64,000 bases of DNA from positions 2,080,001 through 2,144,000 of the forward strand of contig CBDETY010000003.1 in NCBI GenBank assembly GCA_965243025.1. Reading direction: 5' to 3'. This stretch comes from Candidatus Latescibacterota bacterium (GTDB lineage: Bacteria; Latescibacterota; UBA2968; UBA8231). Positions 1 to 9,238 of the stretch are shown here, piece after piece; within the stretch, counting starts at the first letter, position 1, and the number at the start of each line of letters is the position of its first letter. The notes under the pieces were generated by a model. It was not told the DNA's origin, did not search any database, and worked only from the letters and a program-made list of their open reading frames with translations. The position numbers and the translations under genes were made by a program.

Positions 1-257
1 CGCAGGTTCTCCACGGACCCGGAGGTCGCCTTCACCTCCAGCTCGACCCCTTCCCGCCCCAGCAGGCCGCGGTACTCCATGGCGAATCGGTTGTAGGCTC
101 CCCCGGGCATGCCGGAGGCCAGGACCAAGCGCCCGGGGGGCGCCGGTTCGACCAGCTGGAACAGCAGGAGGAACACCAGCCCGGAGAACAGGAGGGCGGG
201 CCCGTAGACCTTCAGGCGGTCGCGGTTTGCGCCTTTCAGCAATTCGGCAATGCGCAT
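1..257 (-). CDS. TAXI-family TRAP transporter solute-binding protein, N-terminal part (runs off window edge)
   Basis: Manual translation from ATG at 257: MRIAELLKGANRDRLKVYGPALLFSGLVFLLLFQLVEPAPPGRLVLASGMPGGAYNRFAMEY...LEVKATSGSVENLR; TM anchor plus TAXI-like ASG..GG.Y and T.GSVENL motifs. Not in the ORF track. Confidence 0.7.
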   Translation of the reverse strand, partial: MRIAELLKGANRDRLKVYGPALLFSGLVFLLLFQLVEPAPPGRLVLASGMPGGAYNRFAMEYRGLLGREGVELEVKATSGSVENL

Positions 258-300
258 CGGATGGCAAGTCGGGACAGTCCCAAGGATTTTCGGGGCGCCC

Positions 301-1146
301 TTACTCCTCCTCTTCCCAGGATTCGATGCCGAGCAGCTTGCGCCCGAGCGGCGTCAGCTCGGCGGTGGTCCCTTCGCGGTGCTCCTTCCCCTTCTCGTTC
401 TTCCCGAGCCCGGTCAGACGCTCCCGCCACCAGTGCTCGCTCTCCGCCCGCGACTCCGGGCTCCGTTCGTCCGGGGCCGGGCCCATGGTGATGTACTGGG
501 CGACGCGGGGGACCCCGGCGCGGTTCGGGCTGGCCCCGTGCGGCAGGGCGCTGTGCCAGATCACGAGGTCGCCTGCGCCTCCTTCGACGGAGACCGCCTG
601 ATCGCCGAACTCCTCGTGCACCCGCTCCCGGGGCTCGGCATCCGCGGGCAGCGACCGCAGCCAGTCGCGCAGCTTCCGGTGGAACCCGGGAATGCATGTG
701 AATGCCCCCTGGTCCGCGGCGGTATCGGTCAGGTAGAGGATTCCCTGGACCCCGATCCGCTCGGGCAGCTCCTCGACCCTGAGGTCCCAGTGCAGCCAGG
801 GCCCCACGAACTCGTGGCCGGACCGCTCCGGCGGGTTGATGCTGGCGCGGTCGCGGCTGACACCCAGCTTGCGGGTGCCCAGGATCTGCGCGAACGCCTC
901 GTGCAGGCGCGGGTGCTGGCGGTTGTCCCACAGGGCCTGGTGCTGGTAGATCTCCTTCATGATCCCGCGCGGGGGATCGCTGTACCAGGTCTCCGGGTCG
1001 CCGGGGTCCATTTCGGCGAAATCCCACACCGCCTTCTCCGCGGCGCGGCAGTTCTCCGGCGGCACGGCCCGGCGCGCCACCACGTAGCCGTTCTCCTCCC
1101 AGAAATCGAGGTCCTCGCTGCTCAACACGGGTTCGGATGTCGTCAT
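301..1146 (-). CDS. Phytanoyl-CoA dioxygenase (PhyH) family Fe(II)/2-oxoglutarate dioxygenase
   Basis: FWEENGYVV start, canonical H-W-D motif, GAFTCIPGFH, GDLVIWHSALPHG, distal Arg. Confidence 0.85.
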   Translation of the reverse strand: MTTSEPVLSSEDLDFWEENGYVVARRAVPPENCRAAEKAVWDFAEMDPGDPETWYSDPPRGIMKEIYQHQALWDNRQHPRLHEAFAQILGTRKLGVSRDRASINPPERSGHEFVGPWLHWDLRVEELPERIGVQGILYLTDTAADQGAFTCIPGFHRKLRDWLRSLPADAEPRERVHEEFGDQAVSVEGGAGDLVIWHSALPHGASPNRAGVPRVAQYITMGPAPDERSPESRAESEHWWRERLTGLGKNEKGKEHREGTTAELTPLGRKLLGIESWEEEE

Positions 1147-1149
1147 CGT

Positions 1150-1836
1150 TCAGTCCTCCGTCCTCGGATCGAATCGGTGTTTCAACTCTTCAATGCTGAA
1201 GCGGTCTCCCTGCAGGAACCGAAAAAACTCCTCCTCCTGGCCGCGCACGGCTTCCGCCCGGGCGGCGACGCCGGCGGCGATTTCCAGCGGCACCGACACC
1301 AGCCCGCTCCCGTCCCCGTGCAGCAGGTCCCCGGGAGCGATCTCGAGGCCGCAGACCTCGACCGGGGTGTTGAACTCGAGGTAGGCGGGGTACCCGTGGG
1401 AGACCACCCAGCCGCCGCAGAAGACGTGGAAACCCGGGGTCCGCCGGCGGATGCCGGCAAGGTCGCGGCCGTTGGCGTCGGTGACGATGCCGGCGCCGCC
1501 GAGTCTGTCGAGAACGGCGCAGAACATGTCGCCGAAAACGCAGCCGCGGCGGCGGTCCGGACCCTCGTGCCGGGCGACGAGGACGAACGGCCCGTCTGCT
1601 TCCGAGAGCAGCTGCACCAGCTCGTCGACCCTCGCCGGCCGGGGGTCTCCCGGGGTCGTGGTGTCGACCTTGCAGGTGAAGGCGCGCCCGACCATCGGGG
1701 CGGCGATCCCGGGGGTCTGGCAGACCAGCCGGTTGTCCGCGTACCCGGTGGTGGGGTCCCGGACCTCGAAATGCTCGATGGCGTTGGCGACCGTGGCGCT
1801 GTCGAAGCGCCGCAGCTTCTCGATGACCTGGTCCAT
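1150..1836 (-). CDS. RraA family protein (HMG/CHA aldolase-like)
   Basis: True start MDQVIEKLRRFDSATVANAIE at 1836; GDM, GIVTDANGRD and PGDLLHGDGSG motifs. Confidence 0.8.
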   Translation of the reverse strand: MDQVIEKLRRFDSATVANAIEHFEVRDPTTGYADNRLVCQTPGIAAPMVGRAFTCKVDTTTPGDPRPARVDELVQLLSEADGPFVLVARHEGPDRRRGCVFGDMFCAVLDRLGGAGIVTDANGRDLAGIRRRTPGFHVFCGGWVVSHGYPAYLEFNTPVEVCGLEIAPGDLLHGDGSGLVSVPLEIAAGVAARAEAVRGQEEEFFRFLQGDRFSIEELKHRFDPRTED

Positions 1837-1886
1837 GGGGGCGCTACTGGAGCCCGGGCCCGGGAGATCTCGAAGGCCGAGCCCGA

Positions 1887-2678
1887 CTACCGCCGGTTCG
1901 GGGTCTGCCCGCGGGCCGCCTCGATCACCTCGCGGCCGGCGCGGAACAGGTTGGAGAAATCGACGTTGAGGTTGAGCCAGCGCACCCCGAGGGACATCCA
2001 GCGGGCGTAGGTCTCGGGGGAGTAGAAGGTCGATATCCCGAGGATGCGGCCGGACCTGCCGACCTTGGCGGCGACGGTCTCGACCGCCTCGACGACCTCG
2101 GGGTCCTGGTGCTGTCCGAGCTTGCCGAACGACCCGGACAGGTCGTTGAGCCCGAGGCAGTAGATGTCGAGCCCGGGCACCTCGAGCATCTCGTCGAGGT
2201 TGGCGACCGCGTCCCTGTGCTCGATCTGGATGGCGACGATCGGCTCGTCCCCTTTTTCCGCGAGGTAGTCGGGCTGGGCGACCGCCCCGTACCCCGTACC
2301 CCGGCGCGGTCCGTACCCCCTGACCCCGCGCGGCGGGTAGCGGCAGGCCTGCACCGCGGCTTCGGCCGCGGCCGCGTCGTTGACCTGCGGCACGATGATC
2401 CCGGCGGGAGCGAGGTCGGCGACCGGCTTGATGACGTTGACGTCGTTCCACTGCACGCGGATGAACGGCGCCGCCCCGGTGCCGCGGTGGGCGGCCACCA
2501 TCTGCAGGGCGGTCTCGATCCCGATGGCGCCGTGCTCCATGTCGATCCAGGTGAAGTCGTACCCGGCCTCGGCGATCAGCTCGCAGATCGACGGGTCGCC
2601 GAACGTGACCCCCATGCCGATCAGGGTCTCCCCGGCCAGCATCCGCTCCCGGAACCGCTGCGCGTTGTTGATGTCCAT
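1887..2678 (-). CDS. HpcH/HpaI class II pyruvate aldolase family protein
   Basis: WIDMEHG, RYPPRGVRG, QIE and GLNDLS motifs. Confidence 0.9.
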   Translation of the reverse strand: MDINNAQRFRERMLAGETLIGMGVTFGDPSICELIAEAGYDFTWIDMEHGAIGIETALQMVAAHRGTGAAPFIRVQWNDVNVIKPVADLAPAGIIVPQVNDAAAAEAAVQACRYPPRGVRGYGPRRGTGYGAVAQPDYLAEKGDEPIVAIQIEHRDAVANLDEMLEVPGLDIYCLGLNDLSGSFGKLGQHQDPEVVEAVETVAAKVGRSGRILGISTFYSPETYARWMSLGVRWLNLNVDFSNLFRAGREVIEAARGQTPNRR

Positions 2679-2694
2679 TATTCGGGTTCCCGCT

Positions 2695-3948
2695 TCAGCT
2701 GCCGCAGACCACCGGCCCCCGGCTGGCGCGCTCGTGGAGGTCGGCGAACTCGCTGCTGCCGTCGTCGTCGATCAGCTCCGTGCGGCATCCCCAGTCGTCG
2801 ACCGGGCGGTTCCCCCTGCCGAAGAAATCCCACTTCTGGCCGGAGTTCGCGAAGTAGACGCGGGCGCCCCCGGGCCGGACCACGCAGGTCAGCCGCCTCG
2901 GCAGGCTGTGGTCGGCCTTCTCCACCCGGTACTTCTCCAGGGCCTCCTCGTCCAGCTCGATGCCGAGGCCGGGCTCCTCCGGCACCCGCGCGTGCCCGTC
3001 GACCACCGGCAGGCGCTCCCTGAGCAGGCTGTGCTCGTAGAGCTCGTGGCAGGTGATCGTCGGCCACTGCGCCTGCTCGAGCACGGCGCTGAGATGCAGC
3101 GACAGGGCCGTCGTCGGGGCGGCCCCGACCATCTGCAGGAAGAAGGGCATGTTGACGGCGGCGGCGGTAGCTCCGTCGCGCATGATCCGCGACACCCCGC
3201 CCCCGAGGATCCAGCCGTCGCAGACGCCCCCCATCTCCAGGCCTTCGCGCGCCCCGATGGAGCCGTAGTGGTGGGCGACCGGCCTCTCGATCTGCGTGCG
3301 CATGTAGCGGTTCCCGGCGGCGTCGTTCCGCGGCAGCGGGTCCTCCCAGATCTTGATCTTGGGGAAGGCGCGCTCGAGCTCCCGCAGCAGCGGCACGGCG
3401 TTGGCGGCGTTGTTGAGCATGGCGTTCCAGTCGGCGTCGATGCGGAAGTGGTCGGGGGTAACCTCGCTGATGCGGCGGATGGTCTCGCGCACGTCCCACC
3501 AGGGCCGCGTCTTGATCTTGATGCAGTTGTATCCCAGCCCGACGGCGGTCTGCGCTTCGACGGCGTACTTCTCCGGGGACATGTCGTGGTCCCAGAAGGA
3601 GATCGCCGCCCAGTCCCGGCACTTGCCGCCGAGAAGCCGGTAGAGCGGCACCCCGGCCAGCTTGCCCGCCGCGTCGAACAGCGCCATCTGCAGCCCGGCC
3701 CCGAGCGAGTCGTCCCACATGGTCTCGAACGGGGAGCGGCCGATCACCTTCTCTTCCGCCTGCACCCTTCCCCAGGTGTAGTTCTGCACCGTCTCCCCCC
3801 AGCCGCTGATCCCGGCGTCGGTGTCGAGGCGGGTGATCTCGAGCTCGGACCAGGTGTGAATGCCGGCCCGTTCCATTTCGCGGCGCACCCTGTCGACGAA
3901 GGGAACCACCAGGGTGAAGCGCTCCAGGCCGGTTATTTTTGCCGTCAT
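2695..3948 (-). CDS. Mandelate racemase/muconate lactonizing enzyme (enolase superfamily)
   Basis: GISGWGE, ALFDAAGKLAGVPLYRLLGG, KIKT, DADWN, EDP, PEEPGLGIELD. Confidence 0.9.
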   Translation of the reverse strand: MTAKITGLERFTLVVPFVDRVRREMERAGIHTWSELEITRLDTDAGISGWGETVQNYTWGRVQAEEKVIGRSPFETMWDDSLGAGLQMALFDAAGKLAGVPLYRLLGGKCRDWAAISFWDHDMSPEKYAVEAQTAVGLGYNCIKIKTRPWWDVRETIRRISEVTPDHFRIDADWNAMLNNAANAVPLLRELERAFPKIKIWEDPLPRNDAAGNRYMRTQIERPVAHHYGSIGAREGLEMGGVCDGWILGGGVSRIMRDGATAAAVNMPFFLQMVGAAPTTALSLHLSAVLEQAQWPTITCHELYEHSLLRERLPVVDGHARVPEEPGLGIELDEEALEKYRVEKADHSLPRRLTCVVRPGGARVYFANSGQKWDFFGRGNRPVDDWGCRTELIDDDGSSEFADLHERASRGPVVCGS

Positions 3949-3982
3949 CGTCTCCTTCCTGTCCCGGTGATGGATGCTCCCC

Positions 3983-4768
3983 TCACCTGCGCACCGACGG
4001 GGCCTGCATGACCGCCTGCTGCTCCTCGGTCATGTCCCGGATGTAGCCGGGATAGGTGATGGTGTGGGCGCCCCGGCTGTAGGCGAGGAAGGGGGGGCTG
4101 AACTTGTAGAGCAGGGCCCGCCGCTGGTGCGCGGCGGTCCAGGGCAGGGTGCCGTGAGTCAGGGTCTCGGTGAAGATGACCGCGTCCCCCGCCCTGGCGT
4201 TCACCTCGAGCACGTGCTCGCGGCGGCGTTCCCAGAGCTTCACTGCCTGAGGGCAGGGAAGGTTCGACTTGTGGCTTCCGGGGATCACCGCCACGCCGCC
4301 GTCTCCGGGGCCCTCGTCGGCGAACAGGTACTCGACCACGGTCAGCCCGGTGTAGATGCGGCCGTCCTTGAAGAAGTAGGCCTCTGAGAAGTCGCGCTCG
4401 AATCCGCCCCCGTGCAGCACCCCGCCCTCGCAGCCGGCGTCCATGGCGATCAGGCCCGGCCCGTGGTCGAGGCGGTACCCCTCCCCGAGAATCCCCTCCA
4501 GGTACGGCTTGACCCCCGGGTGCAGGAGAAGCTCGCGGAACAGCTCGCACCAAGGGCGCTCCCAGGCGAGCATCCCGCCGAGGTCGAGGCGTCTCGACGT
4601 GCCCTTCAGGGCTGCGGACTCCCGGGCCAGGGAGCGGTCGATCTCCTGCATCTGATCGGCGTGGCGGTCGATCGCCTCGTTTCCGCGTCGCACCTCCTCC
4701 GGGGACAGCACCTGCGGCAGTACGAGAAAGCCGTTGAGGTCGAACAGGTATTTCTCTTCGTCGTTCAT
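3983..4768 (-). CDS. PhyH-family Fe(II)/2OG enzyme with H-G-G in place of H-x-D
   Basis: FDLNGFLVL, LHGG (H119), GGVAVIPGSHK, AGDAVIFTETLTHG (H205), RR near C-terminal strand. Confidence 0.8.
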   Translation of the reverse strand: MNDEEKYLFDLNGFLVLPQVLSPEEVRRGNEAIDRHADQMQEIDRSLARESAALKGTSRRLDLGGMLAWERPWCELFRELLLHPGVKPYLEGILGEGYRLDHGPGLIAMDAGCEGGVLHGGGFERDFSEAYFFKDGRIYTGLTVVEYLFADEGPGDGGVAVIPGSHKSNLPCPQAVKLWERRREHVLEVNARAGDAVIFTETLTHGTLPWTAAHQRRALLYKFSPPFLAYSRGAHTITYPGYIRDMTEEQQAVMQAPSVRR

Positions 4769-4884
4769 TCAGCGTCCAATGCCTCGGCACCGTCCGCGTT
4801 CGCTGCTCTTCACCGCCTTGGCGGCAGGCGGCGAACCCGGTCTATACTTGCACTGGTTTCATCACCGCGAGGGGGAAACAAGGT

Positions 4885-6147
4885 ATGTCCGAATCGAATT
4901 CACAGACAGTTCTGATCCGCCCCGGGCTGCTCGCCGACGGCCTCGGCGGCGGCGCCCGAACCGGGGAGGCGGTGTTCGTCCGGAACGGCCTCATCGCCGC
5001 GGTCGGACCCGCCGAAGCGGTCGCGAAGGAAGCGCCCCCGGATACCCCGGCAGTCGACCTTGCCGGCTGCTGCCTGACCCCCGGGCTGATCGACGGCCAC
5101 ACCCACCTCAGCCTGGCGGGCGACGGCCGCCCCTACGACGAGATCTTCCTCGAAAGCGACGAGACCATGGTGCTGATCGGGGCCATGAACATGCGCCGCC
5201 ACCTGCGCGCCGGCATCACCACCCTGCGCGAGCACGGGGCGCGCAACCGGATCGGCTTCACCCTGAAGGAAGGACTGCGGCGGGGATACATCCCGGGCCC
5301 GCGCATGCTGGTCAGCGGCCGCCCGGTCACCTGCACCGGGGGCCACTTCCACATGTGCAACGAAGTCGCCGACGGCGAGGAGGAGATCCGCCGCTCGGTG
5401 CGGCGTCTGGTGCACGAGGGAGCGGACTACATCAAGGTGATGGCCTCCGGCGGCGGCACGACCGGCACCATCCCCGGGATCGCCACCTACTCTACCCGGG
5501 AGCTGCAGGCCCTGGCCGGGGAGGCGCGCCAGTTCCACCGCCTCACCGCGGCCCACTGCCGCGCCAAGGAGTCGATGGTGCGGGCCGTGGAAGCCGGCAT
5601 CGACCTGATCGAGCACGTCGAGTTCCTCGACCCCGACCACGAGATGCGCTTCGACCCCAAGGTCGCCGGGATGCTGGCCGAGTCCGGGATCTGGCTGAGC
5701 CCCACCCTGCAGGCATGGACCAACTACCCGGAGATGGTGCGCCTGCGCCAGCGGCGCGACGAGGGGGCGTTCGGCCCCGGGGAGGAGGCTGACCTCGCCC
5801 GCCTGGAGCAGCGCGCGGAGAGGCGCCTCGACCTGATGCGGAGGATGCTCGACTACTGCCTGAAGGAACGGGTCGTGCCGGGCACGGACTCCGGTGTGGG
5901 AAACCTCGAGTTCGGCCATATCGACTACGACCTGCAGCTGCTGGTCGAATGCGGCTTCACCCCGGCGGAGGCCCTGGTCTCGGCCACCCGGATCTCGGCG
6001 GAGGCGGCCGGAATCGCCGGCCAGGTCGGGACCATCGAGGTCGGAAAGGAGGCGGACCTTGCCGCCTTCGGAGGGGACCCGACCGCCGACGTCGCCGCCT
6101 TCAGCGACGTCAGGGCGGTGTTCCAGTCCGGGGTGCGGGTCCGGTAG
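4885..6147 (+). CDS. Amidohydrolase family protein (prolidase-like metal-dependent hydrolase)
   Basis: PGLIDGHTH, GADYIK, AAH, IEH, PGTDSG, GKEADL. Confidence 0.9.
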   Translation: MSESNSQTVLIRPGLLADGLGGGARTGEAVFVRNGLIAAVGPAEAVAKEAPPDTPAVDLAGCCLTPGLIDGHTHLSLAGDGRPYDEIFLESDETMVLIGAMNMRRHLRAGITTLREHGARNRIGFTLKEGLRRGYIPGPRMLVSGRPVTCTGGHFHMCNEVADGEEEIRRSVRRLVHEGADYIKVMASGGGTTGTIPGIATYSTRELQALAGEARQFHRLTAAHCRAKESMVRAVEAGIDLIEHVEFLDPDHEMRFDPKVAGMLAESGIWLSPTLQAWTNYPEMVRLRQRRDEGAFGPGEEADLARLEQRAERRLDLMRRMLDYCLKERVVPGTDSGVGNLEFGHIDYDLQLLVECGFTPAEALVSATRISAEAAGIAGQVGTIEVGKEADLAAFGGDPTADVAAFSDVRAVFQSGVRVR

Positions 6148-6260
6148 AACGGGCGGGGCAGCCGGCCTGATGCAGGTGCGAGGGCTGCGCGAATGGAACG
6201 CAGGTGCACCTTCGCGCACGGGGCCCCGCACGAAGCCAGGGCAAGGACGCTCCCTCCCAG

Positions 6261-7847
6261 CTAATCGGAGGCGTGCTCGTACGGACCGAGGTCGTCGTCG
6301 ACGAAGGAGCGGTGGTAGTTCCTGCCCATCAGGTAGCGGGTCTCCAGCTCGACGTCCCGCACCCTCAACGGCATGGTCAGCGCCCTGTCGCGCTCGTGCA
6401 CCTTCACCTCGATCAGGTTGATACCCTGGACCGGCCAGTGCTCTTCCTGCAGCCGGAACACGAACCAGTAGGCCGACCCGGCCCGGTAGCGGGGGCGGCT
6501 CATCCGGTACATCTCGTTGATCCTGCGCAGGCAGCTTTCCGGCAGCTGCTCTCCGTTGAGGTGGAAGCTGACCTTGTCGAGCTCGGTCGTCGACATCAGG
6601 CGGAAGCGCAGGATCACCTCGTGCACCCTGCCCACGGCCGCCCAGCGCGGCAGGTCGTCGCTGACCCTCAAGTGCACCGCCGCCGTCTCCCCCTCCTGCA
6701 GCTCCTTCGGCAGCTCCATCTCCACCCCCGGCTCCAGCTGCGGCTCCGGGTAGCGGCCGGTCATGGTCGGGGCGAAGTAGAACTTGTCCCGCGGGGCCAT
6801 GATGTCCGGGTGGGGCAGCTCGCGCAGGCGCTCGTAGAAATCCGCCCCGTACGGCCACAGGTTGAACCAGTGCGCCAGGTAGAGGCCGTCGACCCCCTGG
6901 GCCCAGCAGTTGGTGGCGCATGCCCGGGTCATCGAGACCGGGCCCTCCCCCAGGCGGTCGGAGTCGACGTGCGACTGGATGGCGCCGATCACCTTGCAGC
7001 CGGAGCCGCGCGCCGCCTCGACCAGCTCCGTGTAGTCGGCGTTGGAGTTGATCAGCTCCGGGCCGGAGAAGGTCTGCGCCACCAGGGCGTCGCAGATCCC
7101 CTCGTCGATCCAGGCCTTCACGTCCATGCCGACGCTGCCGCAGCCCTCGATGCTCGCCGGGATGCGGAGTACGAGGTGGCGCCCGGGACCGCTCGCCTTG
7201 ACTTCTTCGTAAACCCGTTTGATCCAAGCGGTCAGGACCGGCTTGCCCTCCTCCACCTCGCCGGGGTGGAAGTAATGGGGAGTGTAGTTCATCTGCAGCT
7301 CGAAGCCGTCGACGTCGTATCTGCGCAGGGTCTCCGCGATCAGGGCGAACCGCTCCTCCCGCACCTCCTCGTGCATGAAGTCGAGGCAGGTGGCGTACGG
7401 AAGCTCATCGGTCCCCGGTTTTGCGCCGATCTCGAGGTGGGTGTTGTCGAAGCGGAAGTTGGAGCAGCGGGTGTCGCTCTCCCGGCCGCCGCGCCCCTGC
7501 TGCACCAGCAGGGTCGGGTAGAAGGCGATCCCCTTCTCCCGGGCCCGCTCCGAGACGATGCGCAGCGGGTCGTTCCCGGCGTCGATCAGGGCGCGGGCGT
7601 TCTGGTGCGCGCGCCGGAAGATCTCGTGGGACCACCTCTCCATGTTGTGCCCCCACAGCTCCCCGACCGCGGTGTCGTGGAGCACGGTGCGGCCGTCACC
7701 CAGGCAGAACATGAGGGCCTCGACCGGGGTGCCGGCGAGCTCGTCGACCGCCTGCTCGTACTCCTCCTTCTGCATCGGCGGCTCGTACATGTAGATGAGG
7801 GGATGCCTGCCGTCGTGGTAGAACATGATGCGCGGTATGTCAGCCAT
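6261..7847 (-). CDS. Glycoside hydrolase-like TIM-barrel protein (GHL10-like) with C-terminal beta domain
   Basis: LDFMHEEVRE..., YDVDGFEL and GVDGLYL motifs typical of GHL10-like proteins. Confidence 0.6.
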   Translation of the reverse strand: MADIPRIMFYHDGRHPLIYMYEPPMQKEEYEQAVDELAGTPVEALMFCLGDGRTVLHDTAVGELWGHNMERWSHEIFRRAHQNARALIDAGNDPLRIVSERAREKGIAFYPTLLVQQGRGGRESDTRCSNFRFDNTHLEIGAKPGTDELPYATCLDFMHEEVREERFALIAETLRRYDVDGFELQMNYTPHYFHPGEVEEGKPVLTAWIKRVYEEVKASGPGRHLVLRIPASIEGCGSVGMDVKAWIDEGICDALVAQTFSGPELINSNADYTELVEAARGSGCKVIGAIQSHVDSDRLGEGPVSMTRACATNCWAQGVDGLYLAHWFNLWPYGADFYERLRELPHPDIMAPRDKFYFAPTMTGRYPEPQLEPGVEMELPKELQEGETAAVHLRVSDDLPRWAAVGRVHEVILRFRLMSTTELDKVSFHLNGEQLPESCLRRINEMYRMSRPRYRAGSAYWFVFRLQEEHWPVQGINLIEVKVHERDRALTMPLRVRDVELETRYLMGRNYHRSFVDDDLGPYEHASD

Positions 7848-8043
7848 CGGTGTGCCTCCGATCCGGATCGGTTGTTTCCGGCAGATGCCGAGTGGTCGCC
7901 GGGCTTCGGGCGGTGGTTGACTCCATTCGTGGGTCTGTGCGTCTCCGCTTTCGCCCGCAGCAGCCGCTTCAGCGGGTCATGCAGTCACCTGAAGCCAGCG
8001 CCGGGTGTCCGCAGTCCGCCGGCCCCTGGCGCCGGCAGGGCCG

Positions 8044-9141
8044 CTACCTGAACCAGTCGTAGTGCAGGCCGAGGCTGCGGTCGGGAAGCGGCAGCTCGAC
8101 CTTGCGGCCGCCCCGGGCCGACGACTCCTTGAGGGCGACCTCGACCTCGAGAGCGATCCCCACCCGGCGGCCCGAGTTCTTGGGCTCGTCGAGCTCTCCT
8201 GCAATGCACCTCATCACGTCGTCGACGCAATAGACCGCCCCGTACGGGCCGTTGAACTGCGGCTTCGGCCACGGCACCGGCACCCTCCCCTTTGCGCCCC
8301 CGGTCTCGACGTCCTGGAACAGCTGCCAGCCCTCCTGGAAATCGAAGGTCATCTCCCCGCTGCTGCCGGTCAGGCGCACACCCGGAGCGCCGTGGCGGAA
8401 GTGCATTGCCGGCCCGCCTTCCGCCCAGGCCATCCCCTGCCCCTGGAACTCGCTGCTGCCGGACTCCCGCCGCGGCCCGTCGCCGGTGCCTACAACCCAG
8501 TCGGGGAGCCGGTCGAGGAAGTAGGACCAGTTCTGGTGCTGAGCGCCGGCGCCGGCGGCCTCGATCGACTGCAGTTCCCCGATTGCCCGTTCCTTCACCA
8601 GCCGCCTGGCGACCGCGAACGAGGGATGGGTGGTGGTGATCGAGCCGCAGTTAAGGGGAACCCCGGCCGCCGCGCAGGTCCCGACCATGCGGTCCACCTC
8701 CTCGAGGGTGTGGGCCATCGGCTTCTCGGTGACGATTCCCTTCGCCCCGCACTCCACCGCCAGACAGGTGAGGTCGGCCCGGTGCCGGGTGTTCGTCGCC
8801 ACCGCGACGATCTCCGGCTTCACCTCCCGCAGCATCGCCCCGGCATCGGTGTACACGGCGTCGATGCCGTAGCGCTCCCGGAAGGCGTCCAGCCTCTTGA
8901 CGTCCCTGTCGGCGGCGGCGACCAGCTCGGTGTCCGGGCGGCTCCACAGGGCCTCGGAGTACGAGGTCGGGTTGCCCTCGTCCCCGGGGTGGTCGTGGTG
9001 GTGGAAGCGGCGGTGGATGTCGAGCTCGGGGGTTGGCCGGTCGATGTCCTCGATCTCGAAGCGGTCGCCGATGCGCCGGGCGAGGTCGTAGAGCAGCCCC
9101 ATCCAGCCCAGGCCGATCACCGCGGCGCTGTAGTTTGCCAT
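8044..9141 (-). CDS. Gfo/Idh/MocA family oxidoreductase
   Basis: IGLGWMG Rossmann motif, VAVAT..H, EKPMA. Confidence 0.9.
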   Translation of the reverse strand: MANYSAAVIGLGWMGLLYDLARRIGDRFEIEDIDRPTPELDIHRRFHHHDHPGDEGNPTSYSEALWSRPDTELVAAADRDVKRLDAFRERYGIDAVYTDAGAMLREVKPEIVAVATNTRHRADLTCLAVECGAKGIVTEKPMAHTLEEVDRMVGTCAAAGVPLNCGSITTTHPSFAVARRLVKERAIGELQSIEAAGAGAQHQNWSYFLDRLPDWVVGTGDGPRRESGSSEFQGQGMAWAEGGPAMHFRHGAPGVRLTGSSGEMTFDFQEGWQLFQDVETGGAKGRVPVPWPKPQFNGPYGAVYCVDDVMRCIAGELDEPKNSGRRVGIALEVEVALKESSARGGRKVELPLPDRSLGLHYDWFR

Positions 9142-9238
9142 GTCGTTTCTCCTGTCGGTGACGGAATTCGATTCGTTCGGGATTGAGCGACCTCACATAA
9201 GGCCGCGGCTCGGAGGCCGGCACCGGGCAACCCGGCCG

